Shown in pieces: positions 34,801-45,411 of a DNA stretch of 64,000 nucleotides. Numbering within the stretch: position 1 is the stretch's first letter; each line of letters begins with the position of its first letter. The stretch is from Oopsacas minuta (Eukaryota; Animalia; Porifera). Both the position numbers and the translations under genes were made by a program. The stretch is from the NCBI GenBank assembly GCA_024704765.1, contig JAKMXF010000188.1, forward strand, positions 669,715 through 733,714, written 5' to 3'. The notes below the pieces were generated by a model, which was not told the DNA's origin, did not search any database, and worked only from the letters and a program-made list of their open reading frames with translations.

Positions 34801-37800
34801 GGTGTTAATACTCACAAGACAGGATCTATCAGTAAAGTACCTCTGAAGCTGGCAGATGATCAGGATGGAAATGTGTACATTAAGGATATAATTGAGGTTA
34901 TTATTCATGTGAAGTTTTATAATTCTATCCCTTCCCCTTTCTTTAGCATTACGCAGGGGCGTTGGAATCTGGGGGTCATTGTGAGTATATCATGAAAAGT
35001 GTAGCGAATTAGCATCCTTCTCGCCATAAGACTAGCATTGTTTATGTACAAAGTGGCCAGGCCACGCTTCCAACACCACTGTTACTACTTCGATGTTATA
35101 CAATGCACAGTAATTCTATAAAACATTAGATTAGTTGCGCTCCTTCGTGTCTGCTTCACCAAAATGGAGCACGCTCCTCCTATCCACTCTTGATTCATAA
35201 ATTGAGCTGCGTTCCAGGTTTCGCTCCTCATAATTGGAGTTTTAACCTGGAGCGCTGCTCTTGAAGCGCGATCCTTTAATGCTCTGATAATATGAAATTT
35301 AAAAATATTTGGAAGTAATTTGTGAATTGATGATAATTGAAAAGGTATTGCAACTTGTAATATTATTTCCGCTTATCCTACACTTTCCTATCTTTCTTGA
35401 TTATTTAATTAAAGAAGATTTTTTCAAATTTTGAACTACGACACACTTATTTGATTCAATAGTTCATGTACACCTGTCATAAATATTTTAAGGAATAATT
35501 ACGATTTGTTAGTGCCAGTGAAAATTTAGTGTTAAATTAACACCGTCATAAGGTACCCAAAAGTGCAACGGCACATGGTTGAGAACCTTGAATAAGGTAT
35601 ACGTAGGTCATATTATCTTTATTACAATTCAGATAGGATGTAATACAGCTATGGAAGCACTACACTTATTCCTGCTAGGAGAACAGCAGAGAAGAGTTGG
35701 AGAAACTAAGTTGAATCTTAATTCTTCTCGCAGTCATATCATCTTCTCTCTCAGATGTATAAGGATAGATGAGAGTGGAACTCCTACTCGTGTTAATACA
35801 CTCAGTCTTGTAGACTTAGCTGGATCTGAGAGACAGGTTCATATTATTAATCATGTTACTTTGTGTTATGCCATAGGCTATGGTTATACATATTTCCGCT
35901 ACTTGTAAGTCACTACGTCACAAATTTCCCATATTCTCATCGTAATGATTAGATTTTTAGGAAATTGGAAACTTATTTAGGTTCTATGTATCTACAAAAT
36001 ATAATCCCGAAAATCCGAACATTTTTGAAATAATTTCAGGTCATTAATTATGAATTATCGTGTATGTTAGGCTTTACAGTTTTCATCCAGGGCAGGGACA
36101 GATAAAACCTTCATAATTCATATCATAAATTTCAGAAATTTAGTCTTCTCCTCACTCATATTTAGTAGCCAATACGGTAATTGACCCCTTAGATTTTCAA
36201 CTTGCATATTAAGCAGCTACTATTGTAATTATAATTATTAGTTTATTCTGTGATTGTTGTATCAGACCTCTCGATTATTTCACTCCCTCGCTATTTACCT
36301 ATATCACCCCTGATTTATACTTGGCTACGACCTTTCCCAGACTATTGTATATCATATCTCTTCTATTCATTTAGATTGGAACAAAGGCTGAGGGAGAGCG
36401 TCTGAAGGAAGCTGGTAATATAAATAAATCCCTCCTTACTCTTGGGAGATGTATAGAGATTATGAGATATAATCAGAACAAGACTACTAGTCTGAAAATT
36501 GTTCCTTTTAGGGAAACAAAACTCACTCGTCTATTTCAATCATATCTAGTTGGTAGGAGTGAGCTAGGCTATGAGGGAAAGCTTACAATGATTGTAAATA
36601 TCTCACAGGTAATCTTATAATATTTCTCCAAATGTAGAAGGGGATATAATTTATTTTTCACAATTACTTACTTGGGTGGGTGATGCACGAAATATACTAT
36701 TGTATGCATACGTATTTGCAGGGATAAATGAGAAGATGAAGTTACATAGTTTTTACAAGTATTAGCTAATTAATGGGATTGTTGTCTAGGATTTAGTGCA
36801 TGGTTCTCAACCTGTGATCATCGAATGATCAAACATGACCAAATAGGTTGGGCCCAGGGTGTCGCCATGATATACATTTTCAAAAAAATTGTGTTCATAA
36901 CCCATGAGAGTTTGAGATACCCTGACCTAGGGTGAGGGTACCAATTTGGGTAATATGAGATTTCCTGTTTTTCTCTCTTATAAATCAAAACTCTCAATAA
37001 TTTTACTGTTTCCCTGACACAATATCTTCCATAAGTAATTCTACGTTATATATTAACTAGCATAAGCAAATTTATATTATTTAGACTGCTAATACATTCG
37101 ATGAGACTTGTCACGCTCTTAAATTTTCCGCGGTTGCTCGTGAGGTAATCCCAGTAACAATTGAGGTTCCTAGACCCACATTCCAATCAGCCAGTGAAAC
37201 TACTGGGTTTACTAGCATGTTAGAAAAGACATTGAATGAGTACAGTAATAATACTACAAAGGATATAGAAGAGATGAATGGAGATGAGATTAAGAATTAT
37301 TGTGGTGACCTTGAGAAGCAGAATAATAATCTTATTGAGTTGGTTAGTTTGTTGTATTATATTGAGCTACTTTCGTTTTGATGTGAAATTTAACAGACTA
37401 TAATCTGTATATACTGACCGCTGTTGCTTCGTAAACAATCAGAACATTATCACAATGTGTCAAATATACATACATTTATGCTAATTTTATAATATACTAA
37501 CAAGAATCATTCACAATTAACTAACGAACTACGGGTAACTAGCAAACAAACTAAACAACATTTATTATTGAAAGGATATTCCTGTCTATGTATTATATAG
37601 ATATAGACAATATGATTATTATCTATACAAATGTATAGGTGCTTAAATCGAAGGAAGAGTGTCTAGAAATTGAAAATAGATTAAGAAAAGAATTGTGTTT
37701 ACAATTCGCGAATGAACTCAATGCAATAAAGCAAAGAGAAGCTAACAAGCAATTGAAAGCAAAGGAAAATCTCAACCTTTATCACGAGGCTAGAATGGAT

Positions 37801-40800
37801 ATTGTTCAGCGTTCTATTCAGAAGGACAGAAGGCTTAGGATGAGACGTTCCCATTCCGTAGACTCTATTGAACCAATTAAAACCTGTATTAACTATAGCG
37901 ATGCAATGGATACTACTATCACTGGATCTGTCAGGTAAGTATTTAACTTTTATATCTAATCATACAGTTAACTGAATTCTAGAATATTCTATGTTTCTTG
38001 TTCAGCGAATATGTGGATACGTTTAGTTCTACTCTACATACAATGAAAAAACTTGATTTTGATGACACAGACCTGAGACTTAAATATGAAGAAAATGTTA
38101 AGGAGCTAGCTCGTCTTCAGAGGGAGAAATCTAAAATCAGTCAAGATTTCGAATCTGCACAAGATCTTCTCGAGGATATGCAGCGTGATATGCGAGTAAT
38201 GAGATCAGAGTATGAGAACAAGTTAATGGATTCAATGCAATCTGCTGAAGATAAGGTATTTGTATGTATATTGTATGTAGAAGTATTTACAATGGTGTTT
38301 GGCTTTAACAAATCGTATTTTCCGCAATATTGTTGATAAATATTTTTCGATAATTTGGTAGAGATTGAATACCATACTTATGTATTACATTGACAACACC
38401 GTATATTTATTCACTGTATTCTTCCTACTAGGTTGAGGTCAGGAGAGAGATTGCTCGTTTGTCAGGAGAGCTTAAGATGACTCTTGCACAAAAAGAGGAG
38501 CTTTACACATTTGTGAGTATCCACTATATAAATCTAATATTACACAGTGATGTGAAGGGATAATGGCTTATATTCCACCATCGAAATTCAACATATAATT
38601 TGATTAATTCTATTTTCCATACATATTTGGTTGTTTAATTCGAAACAGTGAAATCTTCCTGTTTCTTATATAATTCTTATGAATGTCTTCTTCAGGTGAA
38701 AGAATTAGAAAAACAGTTAGCAGATTTACAGGAACAGTTATTGATAAAAAATTCTAGCAAAGAAGATGGAGATCAAGAGAGAATACAGAAGATGAATAAT
38801 TTAAATTTTGCTGACTCTGCGGAAAACTCTAACATGATAGTTAGATTGAAGGAATTAGAGTCAGAAAACTCTCGTTAGTAGCATCGCCTGCTAATATATG
38901 TATTGTTATACCTTATACGGTATGCCGTGTATAAGAACATTATAAGACATTCCCGAAGTTGTTCTTATAACCGGCATCCGCTGTAATTTATTTGTTCTGT
39001 TCTATCCGTCTGTCTGTCTGAAGCAATTCTGTATTAACCAGCGTTCATAGATATTTGTCCCACTTCTATATCTATACCACTAAATATACTATGTTCCTAT
39101 TTCATTGGATAGGTCCACTAAAGCGGTGAAATGTTGGAACATTTGATGTCATATTGGATTTTGTAGTTAGCAAATTACAACTGATACACAAGTCAGATAT
39201 ACTGAATACTCACTAATTAGCACATAGTACTAAAATGTAGGCATCTGGATTTGGATATTTGTAGTTCTCATCTTTTTGGCTCAATTTTACATGATTCTAT
39301 GTAGAGTATACAGTGGGTGGTACTTCCTTAAGGGCCGCCAATTTTCAATAGAAATCGACCACTATATAGCGTCCACCTGTACATAACGGCCACTTTTGGC
39401 CAGTCCCTTAGGTGGCCTTAATTTAGTCTTTAATTCTTAGAAATTTTTTTTCTAGGAATGAAAGACCAAATTAAGGATTATTCTATACAAATCTCTGAGA
39501 AATGCACTGAACTAGTCAGTATGCAGACAAAACTTTTGGAACTAGAGGAAAGTAAGCTTTTGACAATTGAATCTTATCAGACTGATATCAAGAGACTTGG
39601 TGAAGAAACCCGATCGCTTAACGATAATTTAGAATCAACTCAGAAACAGAATGATACATTTGTAACTAAAAACACCAAATTGACTAATCAATTAAATAAG
39701 TTGAAAGATAAAAATATACAAAATGAAGAATTAAAGGATACGAAAATTTCTGAGCTAGAAAATAAGATCACAGAACACAAGGTCACAATATCTGACCTTA
39801 AAGAACAGGCTTCAAGGTTGTTTATATGTGTACCTTCAATTAATTTGTAATATAATAAATATATTTTGTAAACATGAACGTAATATTTGGTACTTTAGTG
39901 CAGAAGAGAGACTAACTGAACTACAGGCTGAACAGGCAGCGCGGGACGGAGAAGCTGTTTACTATCAATCTAAAATACGACAGTTAGAGGAGAAATACAG
40001 TCCATATGAAAAACAGGAGGATCACATCAATCAGCTTAAGTCTGAGCTTATTCATACTAAGAAACAATTGTTTGAAGATAGGATTAGTTATGAGAAGAAA
40101 ATTGGACAATTGGAAGGAGAAGTCAAACATTTGAGGTTTATTCCTGCAAGCATGCGATCTAATGATTTACCGAATTATGAAAGTATTGCTCCGAAATCAA
40201 CTCGTTCTTCTGACCGCACATACATCTCAATGAAGGACAGTGACTCCCCGCATTATGAAAGCATACACTCTTCTATGTTACAAGTATGTTTCATTTTAAC
40301 TATGAATATCTTAAGCATATCAATAGAACTTCGTTAGTATTAACACTACGTATTTGGCATTAGTCCAGTTAGTGAGTATAGTTTATATTCGCTATTACAC
40401 ATAAATGTATTACCGTGTTAAGCAATGCTACTGGCAAGACCATGACGTTACCAGGATCTGGCATATGCTTTAATCTTGTAGGACGTATCACATGTAACTG
40501 TGTTAGCTCCTGTTACTGCACAAGTTCCTGATGTGGAAGATACCGTTCGCTTATCTGAGCATAAATTGAATCAAAATCTCTCTCCTACTAATTCAGTTAA
40601 ACATACACCTAATCGTACTACTGTATCAGGAAGAGATGATTCATTCGACAGCTATGCTTCTTGGCTACCAGGTTTGCTAAATATTATTTTGTATTTAATA
40701 TTCGAGTGATAAACCCAACCAGATGCTTATTACAAATTGTAAATCCATTTTTCAATTATTCTACTCCTGAATATTAATTTGTCTTAATCAATATTCAATA

Positions 40801-41779
40801 CTTCTATACAGTAGTATCTGTCTTTGACGACCCCTACCACCAGCGATCACCTACCTTTACGATCGCTTTCCCCAACAACACGAATAGATTAGATACCTAC
40901 TAATTGACCTGCGGTGAGCCATCACCTGCCTTTTACAACCGCATATTTCGGAGCAGCTGGTGGCCGCAAATTCCAAGTTTACTGTATCTGTATTTATAAT
41001 ATTATATTCTTGTTAAGCCAGCTACTTTTCTAATGAAATTGGTACGTAACCAATAGAGTGTTTAACCAGTGGTTTAGCAATTCCCATGGGTGTACATTCT
41101 AACCTCTAACAACAGACCTCAATGATCCGTTCATGATATATTGAATCTGTTTAAATGTTTTAGGCGTTGTCTTACGGAAGAGTACTAGTACTTAAGTCCT
41201 CTTAAATTTTTATTTTCCTTATTTCTAGCTATCTCATCTGAACCTATTTATGAAAATTTCGGTAGCCTGCAAGACAATTCCCCAGATTTAGTAGATCCCA
41301 GTTTCTCCACAGATGACAGAGTTACTCACATTGTAAATATCATACAACCTTCATGCAAAGGTAAGAGAAAATCTTTACAAGACGATACATCCAACCCTCC
41401 GTCTAAAAAACGTAGTAAGACTGGTAAATTAATGAAGAGTAGTATAACTAAGAAACGAACCTCTGCGAGAAATGCTAAGAAAGAAATTAAACAAGAAGCA
41501 TCTACACAAGTTAAACTATCTCCTATTCCCGAAGGGGATACACCTAGAAAAGGGTTTCAGTTCTTCGGTACTCCTTCTTTCAAGAAATCGAAAAAGGGAA
41601 GTACTCCTGAAGAGCGAACGACAGCTACTACCCCACTATCTATATTCTCGAGAGATAAATCCAAGCTTAAATCCAAAAAGAAGTTGCCTAAGAAATCAGA
41701 AATATCTGCTCCCATCGAATTATTACAACCTGCCTTACCTGCAGAAAATCCCCTCAGAAGATTGCGTCCTAGAAAATAA
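31067..41779 (+). CDS. Kinesin-6 family motor protein (KIF20/MKLP2-like): N-terminal motor domain with a long loop-6 insertion, coiled-coil stalk, basic Lys-rich tail; 16 exons
   Basis: Exons: 31067-31237, 31316-31430, 31907-32068, 34400-34631, 34710-34896, 35633-35836, 36375-36608, 37085-37342, 37639-37934, 38006-38255, 38432-38512, 38696-38873, 39456-39816, 39899-40283, 40482-40671, 41229-41779. They total 3855 nt, or 1284 aa plus a stop, and all phases are consistent. Kinesin motifs: [11 protein letters not shown]; P-loop [18 protein letters not shown]; switch [10 protein letters not shown]; switch [11 protein letters not shown]; neck [23 protein letters not shown]...[13 protein letters not shown]. 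The 5' end is uncertain, since the first Met may be internal to an unseen upstream exon. Confidence 0.85.
31864..31897. repeat. (ATT)n microsatellite, about 11 units, in kinesin intron 2
   Basis: attattatt... read directly. It explains the poly-Ile stretch in spurious ORF 31759-32184. Confidence 0.95.
32480..33777 (+). mobile_element. Tc1/mariner-superfamily DNA transposon (about 1.3 kb), degenerate copy, inserted in kinesin intron 3 with a TA target-site duplication
   Basis: 28-bp TIRs: cagggtacctcaaaagttctgcaacaaa at 32480- and ttgttgcaaaacttttgagaccccctg ending at 33777. Flanking TA sits at 32478-32479 and 33778-33779. Internal transposase ORF fragments (32599-32886, 32928-33125, 32965-33546) have an HTH-like N-terminus and a DDE region containing [11 protein letters not shown] ... 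[17 protein letters not shown]. Confidence 0.88.
32599..33546 (+). pseudogene. Frameshifted Tc1/mariner transposase remnant
   Basis: The transposase is split over three overlapping ORFs in different frames, so at least two frameshifts. The catalytic region [12 protein letters not shown]...[22 protein letters not shown] is recognisable. Confidence 0.8.
33900..34076. mobile_element. Tc1-like MITE (177 bp) with TA TSD, termini TA|C(A/G)GTG, GTCGGATTAT subterminal repeats
   Basis: Left end cggtgtacctgcataaaccgatac. Right end gtgtcggtttatgcaggttccactg (reverse complement cagtggaacctgcataaaccgacac). TA on both flanks (33898-99, 34077-78). A related truncated copy ends at 61681 (...ggaggttccactg|ta). 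Confidence 0.55.
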
Positions 41780-43321
41780 TCTCTCACTAAATACAGAATT
41801 TAGAATTTTGACTAGAACTCATTTCTTTTCTCTATAGTGATTCTTATGCACAAAGTACAAGTACATGTAGTAATCAGTGTACATCTTTGTATTCTGTTGA
41901 ACGAATGAATTCAAATAAGGTTATTCTGTGATATTAATATAGTGGAACCTCCAAAAGCGGGGTAAGTAAACTTCAACTAACATCAATTTTTATCCAAATG
42001 GACTTCTGAACAAGGAAGCAGGGAAAGATATTTGGTACCCAATCAGGCTATCTACAGTACCCGCTTCGGAAGGTCCCACTGTATTTATTTTTATCGGTTA
42101 ATTCATGAAATGATGTACGTACACACTTTGGAGTTCCATAACTTAAATCATGTACCCTGCTAGTGGTAATAGGCCCAGAGCAGTGGCGGATACTTTTGAA
42201 TTATTGGGGGTGCTCAACAAATTAACCAAAATTGATTTCCTATGAGAGCACTAAATTGTATTTATCGAGAATACCTATAGCTATCTTTTCAACTTGATCA
42301 CAAATGTATACTTTGTGCACAATTATCAAACTTAAATAAAACTTTTCTTCGCCCACACTTTCACCGAAAATATTGGCCAGTGGCACTAGGGGGTGGTCAA
42401 GCACCCCCTAGTGCCACTGGCCATGACGTAGGAAATTAAACGGGTATTTTGGTCACATGTTTGTTCTTGGTTTGTGTCAGTGTTACTATACAACCATCAG
42501 TGCATCTTGCTACTCAACCATAAGAGTAGCAGACATTATGTATTATTATATCCCTTTTAAACATCCTTTTCCAAACAATTTTTGCTTACATGCGATAATT
42601 GCTTCTTGAGGGATGGAAATGTGCAGTTAATCGCTTTTGATCACTAAATTCTGGTGATTATTTTGGACATTACTGCAATATTCATTCATATCTATCAATC
42701 AATGTATTGTCAATTCATACATTCAGTAATTAGTTATGGGATTACTTATATGTCGGCTAGTTGACAAATAAGTAATTATGGCCGACTTATAAGGATTTAG
42801 CCGCATATAAGTAATCCCATTAGTTATTAGTTTTCTTCTTTTGAAACATGCTGAGTGGAGCTGACTTAACAACAGAAGAACACCTTGTCTTTCATTTGCT
42901 CCTGGTAAGCCAGATCCTGGACCTCTCCTGCTCTTAGCTCGGCGAGATTAAAATACACATATAAGTACAGTACTCCCGTCTGACTATTTATCCTCAATTC
43001 TTGAGGTTTTGTGCATGATGAAGTGTTGCATTTATGGGAATTTAGTATTAACTGTTTCCATGCAACATGCTTTGTTGAGAAGCACCCAAACCTTTTATAA
43101 CAATACCTATTAACTTTTGATGTAACAAAGCAACTAAATGATCGAAAGTGACCAGTTTAACCTTCCACGCTTAGTTGTATAAATTAGTTGATTAAATTAT
43201 CTAAGATAAGTAAGATTGCTTTGTGAATTTGTGAAAGCATCAAGTTACCATAAGGGATGATACCAAGGGATTGTGAATAAACTGATTGTACCTTATTTGT
43301 TTGTAGTATTTGTGTTTTAAA

Positions 43322-44623
43322 ATGGTCCCAGACAACTCAAATGATTTTTTGTATATCAAGAAAGTTAAAGAAACCCAAGATCTGTATTATGGGTACAATA
43401 GGGAATATTTAGCTCAGAACTTAACAGAAATGGAAGAAGAATTTATTGTTTGTAAGAAGTGTACAGGAATAATGCGAGAAGCTTCTATTTGTAGAGGAGA
43501 TATAACTTGTTTGATTTGTAGTGAAACTCCCGACAAACTCAATCCAGTTAAAGCTGTGCAAAGTTCTATCTCAAAATTAGTGATAAAATGTCCTCTCCTC
43601 AGAGACTGTCATTGGAAGGGACAACTGTCTGAAGCTGAAGAACATATGGAAAATTGTATACATATATTAATTCAATGTAAATATTGTAAAGAAATATTTG
43701 CCAGAAAAGAGAGTGACGAGCATAACGTTAACATATGTCCAATGCGGTTAATCAATTGTCGAAACTGCAATAAAAGGGGCAAAGCTGAGCACCTGGAGGA
43801 ACATTATGAAGTTTGCTTACATTTGTCAATTTCTTGTCCTAATAATTGTGGAGGAAAGCTCCTCAGAAGTGAATTATCTATACACAAAAGGAAATGTGAA
43901 TTAGAAACGATTAGCTGTCCCTATACAGAGTATGGCTGTGAAACAGGCTTAATGATGAGAAAAGATCTCATAGCTCACAAGAAGCAGTATATGGTGGAAC
44001 ATACCGACATGAGTTTATTGAAGATTGAAAAACTTAGCTCTCAAGTGGATAAACTCCAAATTGAAAACACGGATTTACAGAGAGAAAAGAAAGAGATGGA
44101 ATGGGCAGGAAAGGCAATGAAGCAACTTGATGGAGTTGAGTGGAAAATAGAGAATTTGGATGAATTAACTGAGAAACAGACATTTATAGAAGGACCAACA
44201 TTTTATGTCAACAATTACAGACTGAGAATATATTGTAAATATATTGTTGGTGGATTTGGTGAGAAAATCTTACAATTCTATCTCAAGAGGATTGAAGGAG
44301 AATTTGATGACGATTTAGGACAAGCTTGTATATGCCATTACAGAGTGATTATTGTGAATACACAAAATTACACTAAATCACATTATAAAGAAGGAAGAAT
44401 GAATTTTCAGCTCACCTTTAAAATGAAGAGTTCTAACATATTTACTGCATCACCTCTGTCGCACAATAGCTATCTTATAGCTAATAATTCTTTGCTTCTA
44501 CGATTCTACTTTGACATCAACACTACTGAACCTTTGACAAGTTTGACACCTAAAAAGTCTGCAAATTCACAGGATTATGCTACAAAGGTACATCCTACTG
44601 AGAAGAAGGATCCTTTTCTTTAA
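43322..44623 (+). CDS. TRAF-family protein (Cys/His TRAF-type zinc fingers, coiled coil, C-terminal MATH/TRAF-C domain), intronless
   Basis: Single ORF; first ATG at 43322. Repeated C-x-C/H-x-C zinc-finger spacing appears (CKKCTG...CLIC..., CPLLRDCHW...H..NC, CKYCKEIF...H..NIC, CRNCNKRG..H..H...C, CPNNCGG...H...C, CPYTEYGC). A coiled coil follows (LLKIEKLSSQVDKLQIENTDLQREKKEME). The MATH-domain start WKIENLDELTEKQTFIEGPTFYVNNYRLRIYCKY is present. Confidence 0.78.
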   Translation: MVPDNSNDFLYIKKVKETQDLYYGYNREYLAQNLTEMEEEFIVCKKCTGIMREASICRGDITCLICSETPDKLNPVKAVQSSISKLVIKCPLLRDCHWKGQLSEAEEHMENCIHILIQCKYCKEIFARKESDEHNVNICPMRLINCRNCNKRGKAEHLEEHYEVCLHLSISCPNNCGGKLLRSELSIHKRKCELETISCPYTEYGCETGLMMRKDLIAHKKQYMVEHTDMSLLKIEKLSSQVDKLQIENTDLQREKKEMEWAGKAMKQLDGVEWKIENLDELTEKQTFIEGPTFYVNNYRLRIYCKYIVGGFGEKILQFYLKRIEGEFDDDLGQACICHYRVIIVNTQNYTKSHYKEGRMNFQLTFKMKSSNIFTASPLSHNSYLIANNSLLLRFYFDINTTEPLTSLTPKKSANSQDYATKVHPTEKKDPFL

Positions 44624-44785
44624 CTAATTGGACTTGATTATTTTGTAATTAAGTTTTTTACTATGCAGACTAAACTATACCCAGTATAGTGGCTCAGTAC
44701 TAAAAGGTTGACTTTTCTTAGCATATATGTGTGTGTTCACTCTCCACTTCACACCTTTTGAGATTAACACACAAAATTGGCATGT

Positions 44786-45054
44786 ACAGTACACCCTCGC
44801 TAATCCGAACACCACTGTTACGATTGCAAAATAATACGTCGGATTAACAAATGCATTGAAAAATACTATAGAATCTGGGAGGACTTTTTTCGAAAGTGTA
44901 CAAACGATGGAATGGGGCCTAACATGCGTAATATCGTATTAGATATTGATTTGTTGTAGAATTGGATATATATCGGCTATGTTTTTACGTTTGAAACAAT
45001 TTTCAAAAAGATTGTATAAGCTTAGGCCCTTTTCAGATTAGCGAGGGTCTGCTG
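44786..45054. mobile_element. Tc1-like MITE (about 270 bp) with TA TSD; TIR CAG(T/C)A(C/G)ACCCTCGCTAATC
   Basis: Left cagtacaccctcgctaatccgaa at 44786. Right ...ttcagattagcgagggtctgctg ending at 45054. TA on both flanks. A solo left-end copy lies at 48057-48090. Confidence 0.5.
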
Positions 45055-45411
45055 TATATTCGTAGTGACATCTAATAGAGCATCTGACATTTGAAATTTT
45101 TGTAATATGTAGATATTTTCACAACTTTTAGGTGATTAATCATATTTTCATACATGTCTCGCTAAATTTGTACCTTCCAGCGTTTTCCTTCACTCAGGTT
45201 GGCAAGTATACAAATGTCAAAATAGTATAAGTGTGAATATAATTATATATTGCCAAAACGCATCAGATCTATTTTAATTCCGAATACAATTTGACAATGA
45301 TACTCAAAATTATTTACTGTCAATCAAAGTATAAACACCGTCATCAGTAATTACTATAATTGGGTAATAACCACCATTAGAATACAAAAGATAAATAATG
45401 AGATAGAGAAT

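Noticed and set aside
41472-41837. Alternative-frame ORFs 41472-41837 (+) and 41557-41787 (-)
   Set aside because: They overlap the kinesin terminal exon in other frames. The kinesin frame is supported by phase continuity from upstream exons.
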